From: Synechococcales cyanobacterium VAR_4_metabat_354
Lineage (GTDB): Bacteria; Cyanobacteriota; Cyanobacteriia; Cyanobacteriales; Chamaesiphonaceae
Reading direction: 5' to 3'
Assembly: GCA_031414775.1 (NCBI GenBank)
Contig: JANOQI010000034.1
Location: forward strand, 1-61,736
DNA length: 61,736 nt
The number at the start of each line of letters is the position of its first letter. Positions within the stretch are counted from its first letter, which is position 1. Shown one piece after another: positions 30,846 to 40,801 of this stretch. Below the pieces are notes generated by a model that made no database searches, had not been told where the DNA came from, and saw only the letters and a program-made list of their open reading frames with translations. Made by a program: the position numbers and the translations under genes.

Positions 30846-32444
30846 ATGACACAAGCACCGATGGCTCCAGTGGTGCTAGTTATTTTAGATGGCTGGGGTT
30901 ACCGTCCAGAAAAATCCGGTAACGCCATTAGTACAGCGCTTACTCCGGTCATTGATAGTTTGTGGCAGGCTTACCCCCACACCTTAATCAGTACTTCTGG
31001 GCGAGCAGTAGGTTTGCCCGATGGGCAGATGGGGAATTCAGAAGTAGGCCACATTAATATTGGGGCTGGCCGGGTTGTGCCGCAGGAGCTAGTACGCATT
31101 TCGGATGCAGTGGCCGATCGATCCCTCCTCCAAAATGCTGCTTTGTTACAAGTTTGTACTGAAGTGAAGCAACGCCAAAGTCGTCTACATTTGGTAGGGC
31201 TGTGTTCAGAAGGTGGTGTTCACTCCCACCTCAGCCACCTATTTGGCCTCATTGATTTAGCTAAAGAAGCAGGAATTACCGAAGTTTGTATTCATGCGAT
31301 CACTGATGGTCGAGATACCAAGCCGAAAGATGGTTTGCAAGCGCTCCAAAAATTACAAGACTATATTGATCGATCAGGAGTCGGCAAAATTGTGACAGTG
31401 AGTGGTCGCTACTATGCGATGGATCGAGATAATCGCTGGGATCGGGTGCAGGCAGCTTACACAGTCATGACTAGTGATAATAAAATTGTTAGTCAAACAG
31501 TCTCAGATTTATTGACTACGTCCTATGCCGAAGGCATCACCGATGAATTTATTCCCCCTACTCGACTAGCGGCTGGAGCAGTAACAGCTGGTGATGGAGT
31601 AATCTTTTTCAACTTCCGACCCGACCGTTCCAGGCAACTGACCCATGCTTTGGTGAACCCAGAGTTTGCGGGCTTCGATCGATCTTGGCTATCCTCCCTA
31701 AGTTTTGCTACTTTTACTCAATACGATCAAGAGCTACCAGTATTAGTAGCTTTTGAGCCAAGTACTCCCACCAACATCTTGGGTGAAATAATTTCGGGTC
31801 AGGGCTGGAAACAGTTTCGGACGGCAGAAACCGAAAAATATGCCCATGTTACCTACTTCTTTAATGGTGGCGAGGAACAAGCCTTTCCTGGAGAAGTCCG
31901 GCAGATGATTTCTAGTCCAATGGTGATGACCTATGATAAAGCGCCAGCGATGTCGGCAGCTGCCGTTACTAACGCCGTGCTGGCCGCCTTAACTGCCCGA
32001 GAATATGCCATGATCGTGGTTAATTATGCCAACCCCGATATGGTCGGTCATACCGGCAAAATGGAGCAAACAGTTCAGGCGGTAGAAGTAGTAGATCAAT
32101 GCTTGGGCAGGTTGCTAGCCGGTGTTACTCAGGTCGGTGGTACTACCATCATCACCGCCGATCATGGCAATGCGGAGTACATGTTTGATGAACAGGGTAA
32201 TCCTTGGACAGCACACACGACCAACCAAGTACCATTTATCTTGGTAGAAGGCGAAAAGCTGACGATTCCTGGCTACGGTACAGATGTGCAACTACGCGAT
32301 GATGGGAAACTGGCTGATATTGCTCCGACCATCTTGCAAATTCTGGGTTTGCCTCAGCCCCCAGAAATGACCGGTATTTCGATGATCTTACCGGCTGCGG
32401 TGCAGATTAATACCAACCAAACACCTATTCGGGTAGGGGTCTAA
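30846..32444 (+). CDS. gpmI: 2,3-bisphosphoglycerate-independent phosphoglycerate mutase
   Basis: LDGWG, GQMGNSEVGH, GRYYAMDRD, NFRPDR, ETEKYAHVT, NPDMVGHTG. Confidence 0.98.
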   Translation: MTQAPMAPVVLVILDGWGYRPEKSGNAISTALTPVIDSLWQAYPHTLISTSGRAVGLPDGQMGNSEVGHINIGAGRVVPQELVRISDAVADRSLLQNAALLQVCTEVKQRQSRLHLVGLCSEGGVHSHLSHLFGLIDLAKEAGITEVCIHAITDGRDTKPKDGLQALQKLQDYIDRSGVGKIVTVSGRYYAMDRDNRWDRVQAAYTVMTSDNKIVSQTVSDLLTTSYAEGITDEFIPPTRLAAGAVTAGDGVIFFNFRPDRSRQLTHALVNPEFAGFDRSWLSSLSFATFTQYDQELPVLVAFEPSTPTNILGEIISGQGWKQFRTAETEKYAHVTYFFNGGEEQAFPGEVRQMISSPMVMTYDKAPAMSAAAVTNAVLAALTAREYAMIVVNYANPDMVGHTGKMEQTVQAVEVVDQCLGRLLAGVTQVGGTTIITADHGNAEYMFDEQGNPWTAHTTNQVPFILVEGEKLTIPGYGTDVQLRDDGKLADIAPTILQILGLPQPPEMTGISMILPAAVQINTNQTPIRVGV

Positions 32445-32508
32445 TTGCTTTTTGCAGTTGGCCATGCCAGAATCGGGTAATAAGCTTTTTTAAATTCAGT
32501 TTGAGGTT

Positions 32509-32751
32509 TTGATGTTAGCCGCACAAATTTTACGAATCATTTGGACTGTATCAGCCTTCGGCCTGATTGTCATGGTCATGTTGCACAGCCCCAAGGGTGA
32601 CACGGGTATTGGTGGTATTGGTGGCCAAGCTCAACTTTTCACTAGTGCGAAGAGCGCTGAAAATACCCTCAACCGTATTACTTGGTCTCTGGCGATTGTA
32701 TTTTTGTCTTTGACGGTCGTATTGAGTGCACCCTGGCTAAAGCAGGGCTAA
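32509..32751 (+). CDS. secG: Preprotein translocase subunit SecG
   Basis: LHSPKGD.GIGGIGG.AQLF.S.KSAE..LNRITW; follows gpmI. Confidence 0.95.
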   Translation: MMLAAQILRIIWTVSAFGLIVMVMLHSPKGDTGIGGIGGQAQLFTSAKSAENTLNRITWSLAIVFLSLTVVLSAPWLKQG

Positions 32752-32781
32752 CATTCTCAAGTAATGAGTCAAGCGATGAGA

Positions 32782-32812
32782 GGGAGCATTAAGTTGCAAT
32801 GCTCCCATTTTT
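32782..32812 (+). terminator. Intrinsic terminator after secG
   Basis: GGGAGCATT-7nt-AATGCTCCC followed by ATTTTT. Confidence 0.8.
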
Positions 32813-32876
32813 AGTACGGCTTGTCAGAAAAGCGGTAGGAAACTAGCAGAATGAGCCACAGAAATTCTCCAAATCC

Positions 32877-33401
32877 TTAGCCTACTGCAAAACTAATAAT
32901 TTGCTGCTGAATAGCCGATTTTTGCTCGTCATCATAACCCCAGCGTTCTAAAAATTCGACATAAGTGCCGGTGCCAGTATGAATACTTTGCAACAACTGC
33001 TGGCATATTTCTTGGATCAGAGGAAGCTTCAAAATTACCATCAGTTTGCGCGATCGATCAGCAACCTGTGCCGAGTTATTAGCCATATCCGGTTGATCAT
33101 TCCGCTGAAAATGTAATTGTTGAGCTGTAGACATCGCTAAATTTTTCACCAGCAAATCAGCAACGACTTCGGGATGCGTCTGTAGACCTTGAGCGATCGC
33201 TGACATTTGATCAACTTGATCAAAAATATTTGCATTACTAGTCAAATATCCTACGAAAAAGCCTCGGGCACCTTCAGTCGTAGCCACTAAATCTTGAACA
33301 AATGTGGTGATCTGCTCTGATGTTAGCTGCTTGTCTTGTAATTGTTGGACAAACTGCTCAGTGAGTTCGATCGCTGCTGCAAATTTAATACCAGTGGTCA
33401 T
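32877..33401 (-). CDS. Conserved cyanobacterial hypothetical protein
   Basis: GARGFFV.YLT, LLVKNLAMSTA, FLERWGYD.EQ; directly downstream of the PIN/TRAM gene. Confidence 0.8.
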   Translation of the reverse strand: MTTGIKFAAAIELTEQFVQQLQDKQLTSEQITTFVQDLVATTEGARGFFVGYLTSNANIFDQVDQMSAIAQGLQTHPEVVADLLVKNLAMSTAQQLHFQRNDQPDMANNSAQVADRSRKLMVILKLPLIQEICQQLLQSIHTGTGTYVEFLERWGYDDEQKSAIQQQIISFAVG

Positions 33402-33402
33402 A

Positions 33403-34485
33403 TTAACCTGCGGCTACCGAAGCATAGGGTTTAGCAAAAATCATCCGGCCAGCCGAGGTTTGCAGGGCTGATGTGACAATGATCCGCACCTCCGTTCCTA
33501 CATACGGGTTACCTTCTTCCACCACTACCATGGTGCCATCATCCAAATAGCCAATGCCCTGTTCTGGCTCTTTACCCCCTTTCACCAACTTAATTTCTAA
33601 AGTGTCGCCCGGCAAATAAATTGGGCGTAGGGCTTGGGTAATATCATTAATATTCAGCACTGCCACCTTTTGCAGATTAGCTACTTTGCTCAAATTGTAA
33701 TCGTTGGTGAGCAAGGTACCATTAATTTCACTGGCAAAACGCACCAATTTAGCATCAACCGTATTCACATCCTGATAATTAGCGGGATGAATCACAATAA
33801 TTTCAGGAAAGGTATCCTGCATTCGTTTCAAAATATCGAGACCCCGGCGACCACGAATCCTTTTTAAATCATTGGCAGAATCGGCTAAAGCTTGCAACTC
33901 TTGCAAGATAAATTGGGGCACCAATAGCTGACCTTCCACAAAGCCGGTCGATAGTAATTCTTCAATGCGGCCATCAATAATGCAGCTGGTATCCACAACT
34001 TTGGCTTTAACCGCCTGGAGAGTTCCTTCTGCCAAAAGTGAAGCATTTAGATTTTGAGGATTAATCATCCGCAAGAAAGCGCCGCCGTGGGTATCGGCCA
34101 AGGTGATCCCTAAGTAGCAAAACATCACACTAGCCAAAATGGCTAGAAATGGCTTGAGAAAAGAAAATTCGAGGGGAATAGGCAACAAGAAAACTGGCGC
34201 TAACATCAAGTTCGCAATCAGCAAGCCGGAAACCAAGCCGACCGATCGAGTGAGCAGCATATCAACAGGCATTGCTCTGACTTGTTTTTCCAGGTTGCGG
34301 TAAGCAGTCAAAACAAAGAAACCAAACAAACCGCCAAAAACCGCCGCAAAGCTAGTAGTAACAACGCGCAGACCTTCTTGATTATTTACCTGGACAACTA
34401 GCTGCGCTGGTAAGATGTCGATAATGTCATAGCCAATACCAGCTGCCGCTGCCATGACTAAAAGAATGATAATGGCGTTGAGCAT
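33403..34485 (-). CDS. Membrane PIN/TRAM-domain protein (YacL-like)
   Basis: N-terminal TMs, DTSCIIDGRI, TNDYNL, GIGYLDDGTMVVVE, QTSAGRMIFA. Confidence 0.93.
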   Translation of the reverse strand: MLNAIIILLVMAAAAGIGYDIIDILPAQLVVQVNNQEGLRVVTTSFAAVFGGLFGFFVLTAYRNLEKQVRAMPVDMLLTRSVGLVSGLLIANLMLAPVFLLPIPLEFSFLKPFLAILASVMFCYLGITLADTHGGAFLRMINPQNLNASLLAEGTLQAVKAKVVDTSCIIDGRIEELLSTGFVEGQLLVPQFILQELQALADSANDLKRIRGRRGLDILKRMQDTFPEIIVIHPANYQDVNTVDAKLVRFASEINGTLLTNDYNLSKVANLQKVAVLNINDITQALRPIYLPGDTLEIKLVKGGKEPEQGIGYLDDGTMVVVEEGNPYVGTEVRIIVTSALQTSAGRMIFAKPYASVAAG

Positions 34486-34581
34486 GAATAGCCCCGATAT
34501 AATTACAGCGAGTACTTGTACTCACCTGAAGCTCAATTATAGCAATGAGAGCAAAAACTACTTGCTTTTGTGGGGAGAAAT

Positions 34582-35793
34582 TCACAAGCGCTGATACTGC
34601 ATGCCCGGCAGCTGAGTAACCAAATTTTCTAGCTCTAATTCGAGTAAGCCACTAGAGACTTCTGAACTAGGCAGTTGGCTGTGGCTGACAATCGCATCAA
34701 AAGCCGTGGGTTCCTGACCAATCGCTGTGAAAATTTGGGCAAGGGGCGGCGCGAGAGTGGGTATCACGGCCGGAGCTGGAGTGAATAAAGACAAACTAGT
34801 TTGGTGGTGTGGGGATCGAGTTGGGAATTGATCGATCAAACCATTACTAGCTAGATTAAGTGGAGCGATCGCCCGCAGCATTTCGAGCAACTGGTCAATG
34901 CCAGTAATCATTTGGGCACCTCGCCCAATTAGACCCAGACAGCCTGCCGCTTGGGGACTGTCTAACCCACCCGGCAAAACGAACACATCCCGACAAAAAT
35001 CGTTAGCGAGGTAGGCCGTAATTAAGGCTCCAGACTTGTGCGGCGCTTCCATCACCAAAACAGCACGACTAAGACCAGCAATAATCCGATTACGCGCCGG
35101 GAAATGACCACGATCGGGTCTGGTACCGGCTGGATATTCACTGACCATCAAGCCCTGCGCCCAAATTTTCTCGGCCAGCGCCTGATTTTGAGCCGGATAA
35201 ACTAAATCCAAGCCGGTACCTACCACCGCCACGGTGCGACCGCCCACGGCCAAGCAACCTTGGTGAGCGGCGGTATCCACACCCTGAGCTAGTCCGGAGA
35301 TGATGCTATAGCCCTGCTCGGCTAAGGCGACGCTGACTTTTTGGGTCCATTTGTGGCCGTAGTTGGAGGGCTGACGGGTACCGACAATGCCGATCGTCAG
35401 GCGTTGACCTTGGTTTTCATTAGGGTCTACTTGCCCTCGATAGTATAAGACCGCTGGAGCAGTTGGGGTTTCCAATAATAGCTGGGGATACTCGGGGTCA
35501 GCCGGTGTCCAGAATTGGGGATTTTGAAGCAGGTGCTGCGCCAAGAATTCTTCTGGTTTGATCGACAACCGCGCTGTGCAAATTTTCTCAGTGGTGATTT
35601 CGCCGAGACCAGGAACTTGGAGTAATTCGGCGGGCGGGGCATACCAGGCACTGGCCAAGTCGCCAAAGTATTCATGCAAGCGATGGATGGTAATAGCACC
35701 CACGCCAGGCAACTGAGTCCAAGCTAACCAATAGGGTCGATCGATCGCCAAATAAGTAGTCAAAAAACTATCCCTAATCAACAGAGGTTCCAC
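34582..35793 (-). CDS. dprA: DNA-processing protein DprA
   Basis: IVGTR, ISGLAQGVD.AAH, FPARNRIIAGLS, EA..KSGALITA, C-terminal winged helix. Confidence 0.96.
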   Translation of the reverse strand: MEPLLIRDSFLTTYLAIDRPYWLAWTQLPGVGAITIHRLHEYFGDLASAWYAPPAELLQVPGLGEITTEKICTARLSIKPEEFLAQHLLQNPQFWTPADPEYPQLLLETPTAPAVLYYRGQVDPNENQGQRLTIGIVGTRQPSNYGHKWTQKVSVALAEQGYSIISGLAQGVDTAAHQGCLAVGGRTVAVVGTGLDLVYPAQNQALAEKIWAQGLMVSEYPAGTRPDRGHFPARNRIIAGLSRAVLVMEAPHKSGALITAYLANDFCRDVFVLPGGLDSPQAAGCLGLIGRGAQMITGIDQLLEMLRAIAPLNLASNGLIDQFPTRSPHHQTSLSLFTPAPAVIPTLAPPLAQIFTAIGQEPTAFDAIVSHSQLPSSEVSSGLLELELENLVTQLPGMQYQRL

Positions 35794-35856
35794 ATCCTAA
35801 CTCACCCTCTATCGAACTGAAATCAGCGAATTAGCAGAAGTTTACCAACAGATCAC

Positions 35857-36648
35857 CTAGTTGTTGCCAAGATTTTGGGGCATTTCTCGCAATTGGTGTT
35901 GATGGAAAATATAGCGAGCTAAACCTTGCACCACCAAAATAGCCGTCAAAATCTGATGTACCAAAACCATCAGCACCACCACAATTTGGTAAGCGGCAGC
36001 TAGCAGCGGCGTAACTCCGGCTAAAATCAGGCCAGCCATTAGCGCAGGAATGGTAATCAGTCCAGTGATCGCCGTATTCTGAATCACTGGCCGCAGTCCC
36101 TGTTGCAAGGCCATCCGGCAGTACGGGCGAATAGCTTGACTAGCCGTGGCACCAAGGCTCAGATGAGTCTCGATTACCTCTTTTTCCTGTTTCACCACTT
36201 GCAAAAATTGCTGGCTAACTCCCACCATTACCGCTGGACTACTAGCCAATAACATCCCCACCAGAGCCAGCAAATAATGGGGGCGATACCAAACTGGCGG
36301 CTGAATCACCAGCAGCTGAACATAGCCGGTTACCAAAATAGTGCTCAACAGTAAAGAACCAACTAGCAGTGGCAATAGTTGCCGGTAACCTAGACGATTA
36401 CTAGTGACAACACTCACGGCCAATAGCAGCAAGCTGCTGCCAACCAACACCCCCAGAGGTTGCGGTGCCTGAAAAACCACGGTAAGAAACATCCCCAGCA
36501 TCAACACCTGGACAACCACCCGAGCCATTGCCAAGAACAGGGCGGGAATAATGTCCAAACGCAACCACAGTAACAAACCAGTTAAGATTACGACTAAACC
36601 ACTGCTCACCGCTAAATCGAATAAGTCTAAGTTGGTAATTGTGGGCAT
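35857..36648 (-). CDS. UPF0014/FetB-like ABC transporter permease
   Basis: R...Q in TM2, IETHLSLGAT, GLITIP.LM.GLILAG..PL.AA.YQ. Confidence 0.85.
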   Translation of the reverse strand: MPTITNLDLFDLAVSSGLVVILTGLLLWLRLDIIPALFLAMARVVVQVLMLGMFLTVVFQAPQPLGVLVGSSLLLLAVSVVTSNRLGYRQLLPLLVGSLLLSTILVTGYVQLLVIQPPVWYRPHYLLALVGMLLASSPAVMVGVSQQFLQVVKQEKEVIETHLSLGATASQAIRPYCRMALQQGLRPVIQNTAITGLITIPALMAGLILAGVTPLLAAAYQIVVVLMVLVHQILTAILVVQGLARYIFHQHQLREMPQNLGNN

Positions 36649-36757
36649 AATTTCAGGTCATTGATTTAGGTAGATTTAACTTCTCGATCGATGGATAACG
36701 GATCGAACTCAGGTTAAGATAACTGGAAAGTCTTCAGGTATATTCGGTATAAGCGTA

Positions 36758-37882
36758 GTGAGTAATATTCCCCCTCTTGATCTCAAGCGGCAATACCAAA
36801 TCATTGGTGCAGAAGTTGATGCAGCCGTATTGTCCGTGTTGGCTGCTGGTGCTTACATTGGTGGCGCTGGAGTCCAGCAATTTGAGCAGGAATTTGCCAA
36901 TTATATTGGTTCTACCGAATCTGTAGGCTGTAATTCTGGAACTGATGCTCTCTACCTAGCCCTCAAAGTTCTGGGCATTGGCCCCGGCGACGAAGTAATT
37001 ACTACGCCCTTCACCTTTATTGCCACTGCTGAAATGATTAGTGCGGTGGGTGCCAAACCAGTACTAGTAGATATTGATATCAACTCCTTCAATATTGATC
37101 TCGATCGCATTGAGAAAGCTATTACGCCCCAAACCAAGGCGATTATGCCAGTGCATTTGTTTGGGAATCCAGTGGATATGACAGCGCTGATGTCGATCGC
37201 AGGTAAACACAAACTCAAAGTCATCGAAGACTGTGCCCAATCAACTGGTGCCACCTGGGCTGGTCGGCAGACTGGCAGTATTGGTCATATTGGTTGCTTT
37301 AGTTTCTTTCCTACCAAAAACTTGGGAGCGTGTGGTGATGGCGGTGCCGTTACTGTCAATGATCCAAGTCTGGCCGCTGACTTGCGCATGTACCGCGAGC
37401 ATGGCTCTCGGGTGCGTTACTACCATGAAGTAATTGGTGTTAATAGCCGCTTAGATGCTTTGCAAGCCGCCGTCCTATCCATCAAACTGAAATATTTGGA
37501 TAGATGGAATGAGCAACGCGCGGTGGTAGCAAGACGCTACCAAGAATTACTCGCCAATGTTGCCGGAATTGCCATGCCTCAATTTAGTAGCGGCGGTCAA
37601 TCGGCCTGGAATCAGTACACGATCAGAATTTTAGGCACGCCTGATCAAGGAGAAAGACGGGATGCTGTTCGCTCTAAACTGCAATCAGCCGGAGTAATGT
37701 CAATGATTTATTACCCATTGCCTTTGCATCTCCAACAAGTTTATCAGCCCTTAGGCCATCAGGCGGGAGATTTCCCGATCACCGAAGCCGTGAGTCATCA
37801 AGTGCTATCCCTCCCCATGTTTCCCGAACTAACAGCAGAGGAACAGCAACGAGTAGTTTATGCTCTCAAGGATGCCTTGTAG
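36758..37882 (+). CDS. DegT/DnrJ/EryC1/StrS aminotransferase
   Basis: GCNSGTDAL, PVHLFG, IEDCAQS, SFFPTKNLGACGDGG, LSLPMFP. Confidence 0.95.
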   Translation: MSNIPPLDLKRQYQIIGAEVDAAVLSVLAAGAYIGGAGVQQFEQEFANYIGSTESVGCNSGTDALYLALKVLGIGPGDEVITTPFTFIATAEMISAVGAKPVLVDIDINSFNIDLDRIEKAITPQTKAIMPVHLFGNPVDMTALMSIAGKHKLKVIEDCAQSTGATWAGRQTGSIGHIGCFSFFPTKNLGACGDGGAVTVNDPSLAADLRMYREHGSRVRYYHEVIGVNSRLDALQAAVLSIKLKYLDRWNEQRAVVARRYQELLANVAGIAMPQFSSGGQSAWNQYTIRILGTPDQGERRDAVRSKLQSAGVMSMIYYPLPLHLQQVYQPLGHQAGDFPITEAVSHQVLSLPMFPELTAEEQQRVVYALKDAL

Positions 37883-38616
37883 GATGGTTTAGCTCCAGAC
37901 AAAGATTCTACTAAGCTCCGAATAGCAGCCACCATAGCGATCGGATCATTCAGCTTATTGATGGCCGTACCCACCCCAACACCGGCGGCACCCACAGCGA
38001 TCGCCATCGGTGCAGTAATACTAGAAATACCGGAAGCACACAGAACTGGTACTATTACTACCCGGGAAATCTCGGAGGCCGCAGCGAGGGTTGGTGCTGC
38101 TTTTTCAATTAGGCCCAAAGCACCAGCATGGGTGGGTTGAGTGCTAGTTCCACCCTCGGTTTGAATAATATCTGCACCCAGTGCGACCAAGGTCTGAGCC
38201 AATTCGACTTGTTGATCCAGCTCTAGAATGTGTGGAACGGTGACCGAGAGCAAGGTGTCAGGCAACAGTTGGCGAGTGGCTATGGTTAAGGCAATTACTT
38301 CGGCGGCTTCAAAGCGAATGCCCTGAGCATAAAAGCTATCAAAATTACCAATTTCTACTAAGTCGGCACCAGCAGCTACCGCTTCGGCCAAAATCTGGGC
38401 ATCTACAGCGGAGGCACAGATTGGCAAACTAGTCAGTTGCTTGGCCATACGAATTAACTCTGGACTAGCGGCAATATCAACAAAGGTGGCACCGCCAAGT
38501 TCAGCGGCTTTTACCACAGCGGCCACTCGATCAGCATCAAAATTATTCAAACCGCTGATCACTTTCAAAGCTTGCCGCTGATTGAGAGCTGTATGAAGAA
38601 AGTTCAGAATAGTCAT
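37858..38616 (-). CDS. DUF561 (Ycf23-like) protein
   Basis: LKVISGLNNFD, EIGNFDSFY, IIQTEGG; probable ATG at 38616. Confidence 0.9.
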   Translation of the reverse strand: MTILNFLHTALNQRQALKVISGLNNFDADRVAAVVKAAELGGATFVDIAASPELIRMAKQLTSLPICASAVDAQILAEAVAAGADLVEIGNFDSFYAQGIRFEAAEVIALTIATRQLLPDTLLSVTVPHILELDQQVELAQTLVALGADIIQTEGGTSTQPTHAGALGLIEKAAPTLAAASEISRVVIVPVLCASGISSITAPMAIAVGAAGVGVGTAINKLNDPIAMVAAIRSLVESLSGAKPSYKASLRA

Positions 38617-38814
38617 GGGCGCAAGTTCCATTTATGATTGACGAACCGCATTTTAACCGAATTTTGCGTTGAACGGCTGATTTTAAGCAAAAGCGATTGG
38701 GTATAGTCTTAAAGATAGCTGTAGAATAAATACAGAAAAGAGTAAAAATTATTAAATGCTGGGTCAAAACCCTAGCCAACATAGCTCGATTTATCGACGT
38801 ATCAGCCTAATCGT

Positions 38815-39834
38815 ATGTTTGATTCATCTACTTCAGAACTATTATTAGGTGAAAGTGCGGGCGCAGAATTGCATACCAAGGAAAGTCTCCTAGCTGGACG
38901 CTACCAAATTTTCCAGGTGTTAGGACGCGGCGGTTTCGGCATTACTTATTTGGCGCGCAATATATATTTGCCCGGGCGGCCACTCTGTGTGATCAAGCAC
39001 TTAGCACCTAAGTTTACTAGTCCCACCTTGTTGACAATTGCCAAATGGCGTTTTCATGTGGAAGCACGCACCCTCAGTAAATTGGGTAGCCACAGTCAAG
39101 TACCACTCCTGATTGACTATTTTCGAGAAGATCAAGAAATGTATTTAGTCCAGGAATATGTCCCTGGTGAGACGTTGTGGAGCCAGATACGTGACCGAGA
39201 GAGCCTGACCGAAGAAGAGGTGAGTGAGTTCTTAGCCGATATGCTCAAGCTTCTACACTATATTCACAGCTATCGAATTATTCATCGGGATATCAAACCG
39301 CAAAATATTATTCGTTGTCTAACTGACAATCGATTGGTACTTATTGATTACGGAGCAGTATTTGATCAGGGCGGATTGGTACCTGCGGATAAAAGATTGG
39401 TAACAAAGGCGATCGGCAGTCCTGGTTATGCTCCACCGGAGCAGGTCGCCGAAAACCCTACCTGTGCCAGTGATCTTTATGCGCTGGGGATGACTTGTCT
39501 GTTTTTACTGACGGGCAAAGAACCGCTGGCTTTCAACGTCAGTTTGCATACTGGTGAAATTATTTGGCAATCGGAAACAGATGTAAGTGATGGTTTTGCC
39601 AATTTGATTAACCAAATGATTAAAGTATCATTGTCCGATCGATACCAGTCGGCCATGCAGGCTTTGAATGCTTTAGATAGTTGCCGACTGCGGAATAAGC
39701 TCCGGCAGGTGCATAAATATCAAACAAATACCATCAATAGTAATATCAGCCCCGATTCGGGCTTTACTCATCAGCATCTACCGCCAGCAGTACAGTGGGC
39801 AATAGAAATGTCTACCTCCGAAGAGATGCGCTAA
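38815..39834 (+). CDS. Soluble Hanks-type Ser/Thr protein kinase
   Basis: LGRGGFG, CVIK, HRDIKPQN, DYG, GSPGYAPPEQ, SDLYALG. Confidence 0.95.
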   Translation: MFDSSTSELLLGESAGAELHTKESLLAGRYQIFQVLGRGGFGITYLARNIYLPGRPLCVIKHLAPKFTSPTLLTIAKWRFHVEARTLSKLGSHSQVPLLIDYFREDQEMYLVQEYVPGETLWSQIRDRESLTEEEVSEFLADMLKLLHYIHSYRIIHRDIKPQNIIRCLTDNRLVLIDYGAVFDQGGLVPADKRLVTKAIGSPGYAPPEQVAENPTCASDLYALGMTCLFLLTGKEPLAFNVSLHTGEIIWQSETDVSDGFANLINQMIKVSLSDRYQSAMQALNALDSCRLRNKLRQVHKYQTNTINSNISPDSGFTHQHLPPAVQWAIEMSTSEEMR

Positions 39835-39868
39835 AATCAGTGGGCATCCGTAGATCTAGTTCAACTTA

Positions 39869-40801
39869 GTGCAAATAACTTTTTTAGGGACATCTTCGGG
39901 AGTCCCAACTCGCAGTAGAAACGTCTCTAGTGTGGCGCTGAATCTACCCCAGCGAACAGAGGTGTGGTTGTTTGACTGTGGCGAAGCCACCCAGCATCAA
40001 CTGCTCAATTGTGATGTTAAAATCAGCCAAATTCGGCGGATTTTTGTCACTCATTTGCATGGCGATCATATCTTTGGATTAATGGGTTTACTCGCCACTT
40101 ATGGGATGGCTGGCAGTCCAGATCAAATTGATATCTATGGTCCATCTGGATTAAAAGAATATCTCAAAGCCTCCCAAAAGTATTCTTATACGCATTTTAA
40201 TTACCCGCTGAAAATTCACACTATTGAGCCAGGGGTGGTACACGAAGAAGCAGGATTTAAGGTCACTTGTATACCGCTCAAACACAAAGTGCCAGCTTTT
40301 GGCTATCGCGTGACAGAAGCCGATCGACCAGGACGCTTCGATATTGAACAGGCCAAAGCACTAGGGATTTCCGCTGGGCCAATCTATGGCCAGTTGAAAA
40401 GTGGCCAGACTGTAACACTAGCCGATGGTCGGATAGTTAATGGTCGCGAGCTGTGTGGAGCCACTGAGCGGGGACGCACCATGGTCTATTGTACTGACAC
40501 CGTATTTTGTGAAAATTCAATTCAGCTGGCACAGGATGCCGATGTATTAATTCATGAATCCACTTTTGCCCATGAAGATGCTGGGATGGCCTTCGACAGG
40601 CTACATTCTACCTGTACGATGGCGGCTCAAGTGGCACTGAGCGCTCAAGTGCAACATTTAATTCTTACTCATTTTAGTCCGCGTTATGCTCCCGGCAACT
40701 TGATCGGTTTGAATGATTTGTTGCAAACCGCCCAGGCTATTTTTCCGCAGACTCAACTGGCTCACGATTTTCTGACTTACAACATTCCACGTCGGGTCTA
40801 A
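39869..40801 (+). CDS. rnz: Ribonuclease Z
   Basis: FLGTSSGVPT, FDCGE, THLHGDH, DT, HEST, HS, THFSPRY. Confidence 0.97.
   Translation: MQITFLGTSSGVPTRSRNVSSVALNLPQRTEVWLFDCGEATQHQLLNCDVKISQIRRIFVTHLHGDHIFGLMGLLATYGMAGSPDQIDIYGPSGLKEYLKASQKYSYTHFNYPLKIHTIEPGVVHEEAGFKVTCIPLKHKVPAFGYRVTEADRPGRFDIEQAKALGISAGPIYGQLKSGQTVTLADGRIVNGRELCGATERGRTMVYCTDTVFCENSIQLAQDADVLIHESTFAHEDAGMAFDRLHSTCTMAAQVALSAQVQHLILTHFSPRYAPGNLIGLNDLLQTAQAIFPQTQLAHDFLTYNIPRRV

Noticed and set aside
39346..39354. DYG instead of DFG in the Ser/Thr kinase
   Set aside because: Conservative variant; all catalytic residues are present, so not a pseudokinase.
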